DNA of 52,868 nt, from IMG/VR virus record IMGVR_UViG_3300009159_006334, positions 1 through 52,868 of that record, one strand, 5' to 3'. The notes below the pieces were generated by a model that was not told where the DNA came from, searched no databases, and saw only the letters and a program-made list of their open reading frames with translations. The position numbers were made by a program, and so were the translations under genes. Every line of letters starts with the position of its first letter. The first letter of the stretch is position 1. Source of the stretch: a virus. Its lineage: Duplodnaviria; Caudoviricetes. Below are positions 38,339 through 47,871 of the stretch, piece by piece.

Positions 38339-39178
38339 TTATATTGAAATTATTATGTTTAGTAATTTATCCCAGTTTTTATAGCTCCAAGCTCCAACTT
38401 CTTCTATCATAAAGCGAGGATCGGTTATATCAATCTTAAATCTAGACTTTGCTAACTCTCTATACATTTTTCTGTATTCTTCTGAGTATGCATTTTCTCT
38501 ATTTGTATTTGCTACTGCTCTAATTCTTTCACCGCAAGTAGCATCCCATTTAAAATGGTTTACTATAACGTTATATTTTTTATAAGGAGCAATTAGCGGA
38601 TGATTCCAACCTTGCCATTTCCAAGTCGTATGTCCATCTATCTTTGCATAATGTTGGCCAGGAGTTAATTCTACATATCCTTTCATTATACAAATTTTAT
38701 TTGGACAAGCTCCCGATAAAGGATATCTAAAGAATCCTGCTAAAGGAAATTGCTCAAAGATATCTTCTTTTGGCTGTAGCTCTGGAAATATTCCGTTTGG
38801 TCCTATTCTATCAACAAATCCTCCTCTTACTAAATCCCATCCGTACTCTTCACAGTCCTTTATAATATATTCTAGAGATTCAGGATATTCATGAAATTCA
38901 TCATCATCGGCAACAATCCACCAATCTTCAGGATGCTGATTTTTTATTTCATTGTACATGCTAGTTACAGTCTCCCAATTGTACTTTTCAGCAGTACGTC
39001 TAAAAACTATTTTTGCTTTTGGAAACTCCTCTACTATCTTTTCTACTTCTTTAGAAAGCTCTTTATCTTCCCAATCATAAATACCTACACAAATCTCATC
39101 TACTATATTAGAATAGTAAGTTAAGAAATGCCACAATATATTCGTTCTAGATCCAACTACAGTTGCTAATCTAATCAT
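38339..39178 (-). CDS. GT-A fold glycosyltransferase (GT2 / Glyco_tranf_2_4-like)
   Basis: HFLTYY, WWIVADDDEF DxD motif, GQH, HFKW. Confidence 0.72.
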   Translation of the reverse strand: MIRLATVVGSRTNILWHFLTYYSNIVDEICVGIYDWEDKELSKEVEKIVEEFPKAKIVFRRTAEKYNWETVTSMYNEIKNQHPEDWWIVADDDEFHEYPESLEYIIKDCEEYGWDLVRGGFVDRIGPNGIFPELQPKEDIFEQFPLAGFFRYPLSGACPNKICIMKGYVELTPGQHYAKIDGHTTWKWQGWNHPLIAPYKKYNVIVNHFKWDATCGERIRAVANTNRENAYSEEYRKMYRELAKSRFKIDITDPRFMIEEVGAWSYKNWDKLLNIIISI

Positions 39179-39903
39179 CTTTTATTAATTATAGTTATAC
39201 CGCTTGAAGATGGTTTATCTGTAAAGGTATGAAAATTAAATAGATTTACCAAATTCCATTTAGTATTTTTTTGCAATTCCTTAATAAATCTTACAGGTCC
39301 ATCGAAAGAATGATGATCTTTCTTAATATCTTCCGAAACTATTAGAGAGTTAGAATAATTTTCATCGGAATCATGTAGTATTACTACACCTTTCGGGGCT
39401 AAAAGTTTCGAATAGAGTTCAAAATCGAGTTTTACTCCTTCATATGAGTGGTCTCCGTCAATAAACAGCACATCTATCTTTATATCTTGCGGCACAAAGA
39501 AGTTATAGTAGGCATTTTCGGAAGTCTCTTTAATAAAACGAGGAGTAAACATATACCTGAAGAAAGAATTCTCATCTTCTAGATCGTTATACCCTCCAAC
39601 TCCGTTACAAGCATCTACCAGGTAAGTAGCTCCAATATCTCCCCAGTTATGATCCCCGTTTCCTTCAAAAATCCCTTGCCTGTACAAGTCTCTTCGTGCA
39701 ATAGTCATAATTCTAGGAATAAATCCACCGCCTGATCCTATACATACGCAGTTTTTTGCTCGCATATGCTGAATGATAGAATATACTATCAATCCATCAC
39801 CCATATGTAAGTCAGTTGCTCCATGAGTCCATCTATAAGGTACCGGAGTATTCTCATTATTGGTAATATGTCTTCTTACGTAGTCAGAATTAAGTATGTC
39901 CAT
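39175..39903 (-). CDS. Class I SAM-dependent methyltransferase (Methyltransf_24)
   Basis: CIGSGGG, IDVLFIDGDHSYEGVKLDF, GVVILHD. Confidence 0.85.
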   Translation of the reverse strand: MDILNSDYVRRHITNNENTPVPYRWTHGATDLHMGDGLIVYSIIQHMRAKNCVCIGSGGGFIPRIMTIARRDLYRQGIFEGNGDHNWGDIGATYLVDACNGVGGYNDLEDENSFFRYMFTPRFIKETSENAYYNFFVPQDIKIDVLFIDGDHSYEGVKLDFELYSKLLAPKGVVILHDSDENYSNSLIVSEDIKKDHHSFDGPVRFIKELQKNTKWNLVNLFNFHTFTDKPSSSGITIINKR

Positions 39904-40762
39904 GATTCAATAAATTTAAGACATTTTTACTTAAGTTCGGAAACAATTTATAAAAAGTTTCTAATATGTTTTGTTTACATTCTACATAGTATCCATGACT
40001 TTCATCGAAAGCTCTTCTTTTATCTGGTCCGAAGTGAGTTGCATAGGTGTATTCTTCCTTTTTAGGGAAGATTCCAAGCCCGTTTTCATACCATTCGTCT
40101 TTATGACATACTAAGGTCTCATTAAAAAGGTATTTGTGCTCTAAATTCATCTCTTTTATAAGCTGCCATAGTAGTTTCTGCTCACAAAAGACCATGTTTA
40201 ACCCGTTTATCTCCCCGCCTTTCTTCGTCATAACATTCATCCATTCTAAAGCGGTTTGAGCATAGATTCCCCTTAGCTTTTCATTGTTAATATAGAGAAA
40301 AGCTACGTTGATAGCTTTATCATCCCAATCGTAGTTAGGAAGCTCCATATACTTACGTAATTTATAAGGTTCCGGGTAGTGTTTGGTGGTAACTTCCATA
40401 AAATTACCTATAATATCTAATTTCCAGTAATCTTCAGGTATAAATCTCTGTTTTATGAATAGATCTAAGTCAATTACCGCAAACGGTGCAGTTAATTCGT
40501 TTATAACCTTTAATTTAGCGGAAGCCCAGAAAGCATCTTCGTTGAATTCGTATTGTTTTCTATCTAGTACTTCAGTATTAACATTATCCCATAGATCTAG
40601 GATTCCCATGTCTGAGATTAGTTGCTTACTGTGTGAATCACAGTATAGGTTGGTAGTATGTTCGGGATAAAAGTGCTTCCATGTAAGGATGGAAGTATAT
40701 AAGAATGCCTTCTCTAAATCAGAGTGAAAGGACATATGTTCAGCACACCATACAACATTCAT
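39890..40762 (-). CDS. Putative GT-A nucleotide-sugar transferase (DUF6734-like)
   Basis: LYCD, FWASAKL, APFAVIDLDLFI, NVAF, EQKLL. Confidence 0.55.
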   Translation of the reverse strand: MNVVWCAEHMSFHSDLEKAFLYTSILTWKHFYPEHTTNLYCDSHSKQLISDMGILDLWDNVNTEVLDRKQYEFNEDAFWASAKLKVINELTAPFAVIDLDLFIKQRFIPEDYWKLDIIGNFMEVTTKHYPEPYKLRKYMELPNYDWDDKAINVAFLYINNEKLRGIYAQTALEWMNVMTKKGGEINGLNMVFCEQKLLWQLIKEMNLEHKYLFNETLVCHKDEWYENGLGIFPKKEEYTYATHFGPDKRRAFDESHGYYVECKQNILETFYKLFPNLSKNVLNLLNHGHT

Positions 40763-40774
40763 AACTAAATTTAT

Positions 40775-40782
40775 AATAAATA
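40775..40782 (-). promoter_or_regulatory. Putative phage promoter motif TATTTATT at the head of the enzyme island
   Basis: 12 nt upstream of ATG at 40762. Confidence 0.5.
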
Positions 40783-41274
40783 TTAAGAGAACACAGCGTA
40801 GATCGTAGTATAACTTGCAGCGTCTGTTGTGTTGAAGTTGTAAGTATATACGATTGGAGAGGCAGCGGTACCGTAAGGTTGGTTAGCACCTGTAGTTACA
40901 CCTCCTGTTAGGATTGGAGTTGTTCCCCCTGAAGTAGTAGCCCATCTTCTAAAGTAGAACGGGTAGATTGAAGTTGCTACAATGGTAATATAAGAGTAAA
41001 CCTTTGAAACAGCAAAATAGGTTGTACCAGCTCCTTGACCGCTATCTGAAAACGGATACGTAATACTCACTGTACCTTGTGCTATGTTGCTACTTTGAAC
41101 TATAACTTGAAATAAACTAGTACTTTGTAACATAGTACTCATATTAGCAGTACCAGTATTATACCTAGGATATGTTTTACCCCCTACAGTTCGTAAAGAC
41201 TTTGGAGAGGCTCCAACAAATGTAGCTGCTGTATTAAGTGATACGCCTGTAGCCCCTTGTGTACTTATACCCAT
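40783..41274 (-). CDS. Hypothetical Thr/Gly-rich protein, possibly fibre-associated
   Basis: 163 aa, composition like the structural genes; C-terminal TIYAVF. Confidence 0.55.
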   Translation of the reverse strand: MGISTQGATGVSLNTAATFVGASPKSLRTVGGKTYPRYNTGTANMSTMLQSTSLFQVIVQSSNIAQGTVSITYPFSDSGQGAGTTYFAVSKVYSYITIVATSIYPFYFRRWATTSGGTTPILTGGVTTGANQPYGTAASPIVYTYNFNTTDAASYTTIYAVFS

Positions 41275-41807
41275 TATTCGTCTATTATGTTTTCGTCACC
41301 AAATATTTTTCCAAATTCCTCCTTAACTGAAGCATAAGCAAATTCGTAGACTTTACCTTCGTTCTTGTCTATAGCTATCTTATACTTAGTTATCGTTTCA
41401 GTTCCTTTTTGAACCGTCTTTGTATTTTCACTCTCTCTAATCTGCTCTACAATATTTCCCTCATCGTCAAAGTCGTAATAGGTACTTGTTACTACTTCTT
41501 TTACTTCTTCAAAAAGCGGCACCTCTATTTCTACAGGCTCTATCATAGGAAATTCAAAGTAAGTAGGGTATTCAATCTCCTCTCCTTTATGAACTAAGCT
41601 AACTCCTACAACCTGTGATGGCTTTGGATTTACTTCACCAAAGTATTCTGGAACTGTTTCTTTAGCAGCCTGTCTGCTTGGATACATTGCTACAGTTGCG
41701 TGCAGTATACCATAGAATACTTCAACTCTATACATCTCAATCCTCACGTAAGCCTCAGTCAACAACCCTTGGTTAGTTTCTAAAGGCTGTTTAATTATAA
41801 ATCCCAT
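41274..41807 (-). CDS. Hypothetical acidic protein, possibly a fibre assembly factor
   Basis: 177 aa directly downstream of the S74-bearing fibre gene. Confidence 0.55.
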   Translation of the reverse strand: MGFIIKQPLETNQGLLTEAYVRIEMYRVEVFYGILHATVAMYPSRQAAKETVPEYFGEVNPKPSQVVGVSLVHKGEEIEYPTYFEFPMIEPVEIEVPLFEEVKEVVTSTYYDFDDEGNIVEQIRESENTKTVQKGTETITKYKIAIDKNEGKVYEFAYASVKEEFGKIFGDENIIDE

Positions 41808-41810
41808 AAC

Positions 41811-43583
41811 TTATTTATTTAATAACGTATTTACTAACTCTTTTAATTCGTTTATTTCTTTTTGTTGTGCCTTTACTCCTTCTATTAAGACTGGAATAAG
41901 TCTATCGTACTTTACAGCTTTAAATCCATATCCACTTGTTGTTGTAATTTGAGGTAAGATTTTTTCCACCTCTTGTGCTACAACTCCAAGATCTGCACTT
42001 CCAGCTTCATATACTATTTGCTTATCGTTCCAGTTAAAAGTATAACCGGTCAATTGTGTAATTAAACTTAATGGATTTTCAATTGCTAACAAATTATCTT
42101 TTAAAGTTCTATCAGAAGTATTGTAAGCAACTACGTCACCGCTTGAGTTTATAGTTGAACCAGAAATTATACCGGTTGCAAGTACACTTGCAAAAGTAAC
42201 TGCCGAGTTTGTTGCTACTGCTTGACCGATTGATATTGTTCTAGCTGCTGAACCATTATATGTTGTTCCTGAATCAAGGCTTATACCCGTTCCAACTGTT
42301 AATGCATTTGTTACTGAGCCTGCACTTGTAGCATTAGTAGAGTTTACTGCGTAAGATGCACTAACTGCATAAGATGCAGATAGAGCATATGAAGCACTAG
42401 TTGAACTTGGTGCATAAGATGCACTAACTGCATAAGATGCAGATAAGGCATAAGATGAACTTATTGCATTTGAAATAAGTCCTGATCCAGAATGATATGA
42501 TGCACTAACTGCGTATGATGAACTTAAAGCGTAAGATGAACTTACTGCATTAGTTGAGTTTACTGCATAAGATGAACTTACGGCATATGAAGAGCTTAGA
42601 GCATAAGATGAACTTACGGCATATGAAGAACTTAAAGCTTGAGCTGCGTAAGAAGCAGTTCCTAATAAGCTTCCAGTAAAGCCGCCTGTTGATGTAGTGC
42701 TATTAGATATAGTCAAGGATCCAGTTACTGAAACACTACCTGTAAACTGATGTGTGTTAGTCATTAAACTACCATTAACACTAGAACCTGTAATATATTC
42801 AGTAGAAGCTGTTACGTACTGTACGTTTAGCGTTTGAGCTGTAAGAGTACTGTTAACTAAAATATTTGAAGCAGTAAAGTTAGTTGCAAAAGATGCTGTT
42901 GCTGCATTAGTTGCATTTACGGAATAAGATGAACTTACTGCGTATGAGCTACTTAAAGCATAAGATGCACTAGTTGAACTTGGTGCATAAGAAGAACTTA
43001 CAGAGTAAGATGAACTTACGGCATATGAAGAGCTTAGAGCATAAGATGAGCTTATAGTACTCGTACCCGAGCCGGTAGCTACTGTTATATTGAATGTTGT
43101 TCCGTCTCCTTCTGTAAAAGTAATTACGTTATTAGATACTGATGCTGTATATAGGTTTGTTGTAGCTAATGAACTAGTTAGGGCATATGATGAACTTAAG
43201 GCATAAGATGCAGAAGTAGCAGAAGGAGCGTATGAAGAACTTACTGCGTATGAAGAACTTACTGCGTATGAAGCTGATAAGGCATAAGATGCAGAAGTAG
43301 CAGAAGGAGCGTATGAAGAACTTACTGCGTATGAAGAGCTTAATGCATAGGAAGCACTAGTTGAACTTGGTGCATATGAAGCACTAACAGCATAAGATGC
43401 AGATAAAGCATAAGATGCAGATACTGCATTTGTAATAGAACCAGTTATACCTCCAGTAATAGAGCCGTTCACAGCTAGACTGCCTGTAATAGTAATAGGT
43501 CCATTTAAAATAGTGCTCCCTGTAACTGTAAGAGAGCCACTTACTGATAGCGATCCGGTTGCTATGCCACTGTCTATAATCAT
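41811..43583 (-). CDS. Tail fibre-like SASYA-repeat protein with C-terminal peptidase S74 intramolecular chaperone
   Basis: YNTSDRTLKDN, YTFNWN, GVVAQEVEKILP, VKYDRLIPVLIEGVK + coiled coil. Confidence 0.85.
   Translation of the reverse strand: MIIDSGIATGSLSVSGSLTVTGSTILNGPITITGSLAVNGSITGGITGSITNAVSASYALSASYAVSASYAPSSTSASYALSSSYAVSSSYAPSATSASYALSASYAVSSSYAVSSSYAPSATSASYALSSSYALTSSLATTNLYTASVSNNVITFTEGDGTTFNITVATGSGTSTISSSYALSSSYAVSSSYSVSSSYAPSSTSASYALSSSYAVSSSYSVNATNAATASFATNFTASNILVNSTLTAQTLNVQYVTASTEYITGSSVNGSLMTNTHQFTGSVSVTGSLTISNSTTSTGGFTGSLLGTASYAAQALSSSYAVSSSYALSSSYAVSSSYAVNSTNAVSSSYALSSSYAVSASYHSGSGLISNAISSSYALSASYAVSASYAPSSTSASYALSASYAVSASYAVNSTNATSAGSVTNALTVGTGISLDSGTTYNGSAARTISIGQAVATNSAVTFASVLATGIISGSTINSSGDVVAYNTSDRTLKDNLLAIENPLSLITQLTGYTFNWNDKQIVYEAGSADLGVVAQEVEKILPQITTTSGYGFKAVKYDRLIPVLIEGVKAQQKEINELKELVNTLLNK
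43062..43180. repeat. 119-bp cassette, copy 1 (copy 2 at 45986-46104)
   Basis: Encodes TSSLATTNLYTASVSNNVITFTEGDGTTF(N/S)ITVATGSGT; about 9 mismatches counted by eye. Confidence 0.85.
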
Positions 43584-43600
43584 TGTTGAATGTTATTTGT

Positions 43601-43608
43601 TATAAATA
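43601..43608 (-). promoter_or_regulatory. Putative phage promoter motif TATTTATA
   Basis: 17 nt upstream of ATG at 43583. Confidence 0.6.
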
Positions 43609-43633
43609 TCATGAAGCTTAATTAAATTTTCAA

Positions 43634-44383
43634 TTAAACTACCCTAGCATATCCTGCTACTGCATTGGAGAATGTTACTGTTGTTACGTTATTGCTTGTT
43701 CCAGTAATAGATTGAGGTATGAAAACTAAGTTATTAGTATCATATATCTGCACTAGGGGATATTGGTTGTTTAAATTATGAGTTATTGTCCAAGTTGTTG
43801 AAGGCGTAACTTGTTGAAAATTAAAACCAACAGTGCTTGCGTAAGAAGCTGTTACTGCATAAGAACTACTTACTGCATAAGAAGCGCTTACTGCTGACGA
43901 AATAGAGCCGCTAAAATAAGATGCTGTTTGTGCATAAGATGCTGAAGTAGCTGTAGCTGCATAAGATGCAGATGCTACAGTTTGAGAAACTATTCCACTT
44001 CCTTTTGAAATAATAGCATAGCCAGCTTGCGCTGTAGAAAATGTAATTGTAGTTACGTTTACATTTGTTGATGTTATTGATGCTGGAATTAATTGATTAT
44101 ATCCAGAATTATATACGTTTACAAGAGGTGTAAGTGTATTTAGACCATGAGTAATGGTCCAGGTAGTAGCTCCAGGACTTTGTGTAAAAGTGTATCCTTG
44201 ATCAGGAAAAGCAAAAGCAAATGATGCAGTTGAGGCGTATGATGCACTTAAAACTTGTGAAGCAAAAGAAGCGGTTCCAAATAGAGATCCGGTAATTCCT
44301 TGTAATACGTTTAATGAACCAGTGATTTGTACATCACTTAAAGAATTTATACCGTATCTAGCGACGAATTGATTAACTGCCAT
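43634..44383 (-). CDS. Fibre-like structural protein with two TWTITHxL domains
   Basis: MAVNQFVARYG start shared with 44615-46399; SASYA linkers. Confidence 0.7.
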   Translation of the reverse strand: MAVNQFVARYGINSLSDVQITGSLNVLQGITGSLFGTASFASQVLSASYASTASFAFAFPDQGYTFTQSPGATTWTITHGLNTLTPLVNVYNSGYNQLIPASITSTNVNVTTITFSTAQAGYAIISKGSGIVSQTVASASYAATATSASYAQTASYFSGSISSAVSASYAVSSSYAVTASYASTVGFNFQQVTPSTTWTITHNLNNQYPLVQIYDTNNLVFIPQSITGTSNNVTTVTFSNAVAGYARVV

Positions 44384-44392
44384 TTATCTTTT

Positions 44393-44416
44393 GCTTCAGT
44401 TCACTATCCCTAAAGC
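44393..44416 (-). promoter_or_regulatory. Candidate 5' leader hairpin GCUUUAG-GGAUAGUGAA-CUGAAGC
   Basis: 7-bp stem with one G-U pair, 10-nt purine-rich loop, 9 nt upstream of ATG at 44383, no U-tract. Confidence 0.45.
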
Positions 44417-44437
44417 TGGGGTTTGCCTTTTAAAAAA

Positions 44438-44611
44438 TTATAACTCAACTACTCTATAAGTTCTACCAGTAGGATCTGCTTGTTGCAATTCAAAAGCTTT
44501 TGCTTCTGCTTGTGTCTTAATACGATAATCGTAAATTGGATCGTCAGGATTTAACTGAGCTACCCAAATCATATCGTTTCCTGGTAAAAATTGCATTTGT
44601 ACTTGATACAT
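44438..44611 (-). CDS. Small 57-aa hypothetical protein
   Basis: Manual translation MYQVQMQFLPGNDMIWVAQLNPDDPIYDYRIKTQAEAKAFELQQADPTGRTYRVVEL. Confidence 0.72.
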   Translation of the reverse strand: MYQVQMQFLPGNDMIWVAQLNPDDPIYDYRIKTQAEAKAFELQQADPTGRTYRVVEL

Positions 44612-44614
44612 ATA

Positions 44615-46399
44615 TTATAAATAAGTTGCTTGTGATTTAATATTCCAACCTGAAGTATTTGTTTGTGCAAGTAATTGAACATTAGCACCTACTATTGCTG
44701 CTGACATTGTTACTGCAGTAGTTGAACCGTTATCTATTGTTGAGAAGTCTGTAAATGTTATAGCTCCGGCGTCAAATGATGCAATAACTTCTCCTACTCT
44801 TGAATTGGCTCCGTTTAGGGCAGAGTATTTGTAGAATGCTGCTGTGAAAGAACCAGTAGCTTGGTTAAAGATTATATTAGATCCTACAGCGCTAGATGAA
44901 GTACCGGCAGTTGTTATTACTGAACTACTAATTGTGAATGTAGTAGCGTAAGATGATGTTTGAGCATAAGATGCACTTGTTGCATTTGTAGCGTAAGAAG
45001 AGCTTACTGCATATGAACCACTTAAAGCATAAGATGCAGATAAAGCATATGATGCACTAACTGCGTAAGATGCACTAATTGCGTAAGATGCAGAAGTTGA
45101 ACTTGTAGCATATGAAGCACTAACTGCGTATGAAGAACTTAAAGCATAAGATGCTGATGTTGCATTTACAGCGTAAGATGAACTAACGGCATAAGATGAA
45201 CTTAAAGCATATGAAGCACTAACTGCATATGAACTGCTTAAAGCATATGATGCACTAACTGCATTTGAAATAAGCCCTGATCCAGAATGATATGATGCAC
45301 TTACAGCATATGAAGAACTTAAAGCATAAGATGAACTTACAGAATAAGATGAACTTACTGCGTATGAAGAACTCAAAGCATAAGATGCTGAAGCTACAGA
45401 CATTGAACTTGTCTGGCTAGTTACTATTACTGGACTACCATTAACAGATAATGATCCTGTTACTGTAACAGATCCGGTAAGTTGCTGTGTGTTAGTTAAT
45501 AAGCTTCCAAATACATTTGATCCTGAACTGTATTCAGTAGAAGAGCTAATGTATTGAACGTTTAAGCTTGTTGCGGTAATAGTACCGGTAGTTAAAATAT
45601 TTGAAGCAGTAAAGTTAGTTGCAAAAGATGCTGTTACTGCGTTAGTTGCATTAACTGCATAAGAAGCAGATACTGCGTAAGATGAACTTAAAGCATAAGA
45701 TGCACTAGTTGAACTTGGTGCATAAGAAGAACTTACAGAATAAGATGAACTTACAGCATATGAACTGCTTAAAGCATAAGATGCTGATGTTGCATTGTCT
45801 GCATTGGCAGCAGTGACAGCTCTTGATGCTGTTGTTGCATTTAAAGCATAAGACGAACTTACTGCGTATGAGCTGCTTAGGGCATATGATGAACTTATTG
45901 CATTTGAGATAAGTCCTGATCCGGAATGGTATGAAGCGGATACTGCATACGAAGAACTTAAAGCATAAGATGCACTTACTGTATTCGTACCTGAACCAGT
46001 AGCTACTGTTATACTAAATGTTGTTCCGTCTCCTTCTGTGAAGGTAATTACGTTATTAGATACAGATGCTGTATATAAGTTTGTTGTAGCTAATGAACTA
46101 GTTAAAGCATAAGATGCAGATACACCATAAGAGGCACTAACTGCATAAGAACTACTTAATGCATACGATGCGCTAGTTGCATAAGATGAAGATATAGCAT
46201 AAGAAGATGTAGCAGAAGACAATGAACCTGTACCTTCGTAAGTAAATACTCCAGAGGTTGGATTGTAAGATACTACGTAGGGTTGAATTGAACTTGCTAG
46301 GTTAGCAGATATAGATCCAGATATAAGTGCCGATCCTGTTACCTGTAGGTCATTTAACGAAATTATACCGTTTCTAGCTACGAATTGGTTAGTTGCCAT
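44615..46399 (-). CDS. Fibre-like SASYA-repeat structural protein
   Basis: Dozens of (L/V)S(A/S)SYA hexads; C-terminal beta domain shared with 46487-47773. Confidence 0.75.
   Translation of the reverse strand: MATNQFVARNGIISLNDLQVTGSALISGSISANLASSIQPYVVSYNPTSGVFTYEGTGSLSSATSSYAISSSYATSASYALSSSYAVSASYGVSASYALTSSLATTNLYTASVSNNVITFTEGDGTTFSITVATGSGTNTVSASYALSSSYAVSASYHSGSGLISNAISSSYALSSSYAVSSSYALNATTASRAVTAANADNATSASYALSSSYAVSSSYSVSSSYAPSSTSASYALSSSYAVSASYAVNATNAVTASFATNFTASNILTTGTITATSLNVQYISSSTEYSSGSNVFGSLLTNTQQLTGSVTVTGSLSVNGSPVIVTSQTSSMSVASASYALSSSYAVSSSYSVSSSYALSSSYAVSASYHSGSGLISNAVSASYALSSSYAVSASYALSSSYAVSSSYAVNATSASYALSSSYAVSASYATSSTSASYAISASYAVSASYALSASYALSGSYAVSSSYATNATSASYAQTSSYATTFTISSSVITTAGTSSSAVGSNIIFNQATGSFTAAFYKYSALNGANSRVGEVIASFDAGAITFTDFSTIDNGSTTAVTMSAAIVGANVQLLAQTNTSGWNIKSQATYL
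45986..46104. repeat. 119-bp cassette, copy 2 (copy 1 at 43062-43180)
   Basis: Direct sequence comparison. Confidence 0.85.
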
Positions 46400-46430
46400 T
46401 TAATTATTTTTTATTTTGATTATTTCCTAT

Positions 46431-46438
46431 TATAAATA
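46431..46438 (-). promoter_or_regulatory. Putative phage promoter motif TATTTATA
   Basis: 31 nt upstream of ATG at 46399. Confidence 0.55.
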
Positions 46439-46486
46439 GTCTATTTTAAGACTATACGATTAACTTTTTATGTATTAATTTTTATG

Positions 46487-47773
46487 TTATACAAAGGTTG
46501 CAACCGCTCTTACTGTCCATCCTGCTGTAGGTGTAAGTATATTTAACTGAACTTGACCTCCTGTTATTACTACCGATCCTACTACACCTGAAGTATTGCC
46601 TACATCTATTGTAGAATAGTTGGTATAACTTGAAGTAGTAGAAGTCCAAACTACGTTAGCATTTTCAGATCTAGCATTTGAACCGCTATATAAAGTATAT
46701 TGGTAGAAAGCGCCTGCGAATGATCCTGTACTGGTAGCAAAGATACCGTTATTTCCTGCTGATGTAGATGGTGTATTTGAATACATCATTTGTGATCCAC
46801 CTATAGTAAATACATCTGCATGTGAAGCAGTTGCTGCTAAAGAAGCACTCGCTGCAGTTAAAGCATAAGATGCAGTAGTTGCAAAAGAAGCAGAAATAGC
46901 ACTCTGACTAGAAATACCGCTACCTTTTGATATAATAGCAAATCCAGCCTGTGCTGTTGAAAAAGTAATTCGAGTATTATTTGCATCTATAGAAGTAACA
47001 GATGCTGGAATTAATTGATTATAAGTTGAATCATATACATCTACAAGAGGTGTAAGAGTATTTAAATTATGATTAATATTCCACGTATTAGATCCAGGAC
47101 TTTGTGTAAACGGATAGCCTTGATCTGCAAATGCAGAAGCAAAAGAAGCAGTTAGTGCATAAGAAGAGCTTAGAGCTTGTAAGGCATAAGAAGCTGTAGC
47201 AGGTACATTGGCTGCATATGATGCAGATAAAGCATAAGAGGAAGAAATAGCTTGGCTAGCAGTTCCGTAAAAGGCTGAAGCTGAAATATTATATTTAGCT
47301 GTTATATCTCCTGTTACACCGCTTATTGTAAATAATGCTTCACTAGCATGATAAGCAGAAAGTATTTCAAGTACGTTATCTACATTGTATATTCCGAATT
47401 CAGTAGACTGATTATCGGCATATCTGAATACAAGAGCTGCATTTTGTGCGCCATTATTAATTATGACATTATGAGCGTCACCTATGAAGCTTGAAGTATT
47501 ATCTGTATTTACTAATACATTTTGGAATAAAGGACTAACAGAAGAAGCTGTTTGTGCTAGCTTTACATAGCTTGCAGTTTGTGCAGTTTCAATATAAGAT
47601 GCAGTAATTGCAAATAAAGCGCACGAAGAGGAAACGGCCCAAGAAGCGGTTCCGAATAAAGATCCGGTAAGTTGAGATGCGCTTACTATAGAAGCGGTTA
47701 TAGAAGAGTCTACATGAAGTTCATATAAGTTTGCTGAACTACCAGAGACAATGACTTTTTTCCAATTCGGCAT
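46487..47773 (-). CDS. Fibre-like mosaic structural protein
   Basis: MPNWKKVIVSGSSA start shared with 48113-49927; DQGY.FTQSPG module shared with 43634-44383; C-terminal domain shared with 44615-46399. Confidence 0.72.
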   Translation of the reverse strand: MPNWKKVIVSGSSANLYELHVDSSITASIVSASQLTGSLFGTASWAVSSSCALFAITASYIETAQTASYVKLAQTASSVSPLFQNVLVNTDNTSSFIGDAHNVIINNGAQNAALVFRYADNQSTEFGIYNVDNVLEILSAYHASEALFTISGVTGDITAKYNISASAFYGTASQAISSSYALSASYAANVPATASYALQALSSSYALTASFASAFADQGYPFTQSPGSNTWNINHNLNTLTPLVDVYDSTYNQLIPASVTSIDANNTRITFSTAQAGFAIISKGSGISSQSAISASFATTASYALTAASASLAATASHADVFTIGGSQMMYSNTPSTSAGNNGIFATSTGSFAGAFYQYTLYSGSNARSENANVVWTSTTSSYTNYSTIDVGNTSGVVGSVVITGGQVQLNILTPTAGWTVRAVATFV

Positions 47774-47789
47774 GCTAAATATTTTTTAA

Positions 47790-47851
47790 GTTGTGGTTAG
47801 GTACATACACTGATGCCGTGTCTATGCCTACTTCCCCATGGGGCCAACAAC
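47790..47851 (-). ncRNA. Candidate structured 5' leader RNA (three-way junction)
   Basis: GC-rich island GUUGUUGG-CCCCAUGGGG-AAG-UAGGCAUAGACAC-GGCAUCA-GUGUAUGUACCUA-A-CCACAAC with three complementary stems, between promoter motif and ATG. Confidence 0.55.
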
Positions 47852-47857
47852 ATTTCA

Positions 47858-47865
47858 TATAAATA
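47858..47865 (-). promoter_or_regulatory. Putative phage promoter motif TATTTATA
   Basis: 6 nt upstream of the structured leader. Confidence 0.6.
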
Positions 47866-47871
47866 GGTAAC

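Noticed and set aside
4075-40762. Bacterial O-antigen/capsule locus or chimeric assembly
   Set aside because: No wzx/wzy/transporter genes; contiguous with phage structural genes on both sides and shares their upstream motif
44616-44623. Additional TATTTATA promoter copy
   Set aside because: Coincides with the Tyr-Leu-stop codons of the upstream gene and is only 4 nt from the next ATG; may be coincidental
47790-47851. Hammerhead ribozyme or intrinsic terminator
   Set aside because: Plus-strand CTGATGCC does not match the CUGANGA core and no GAAA partner is placed correctly; no U-tract follows on the coding strand
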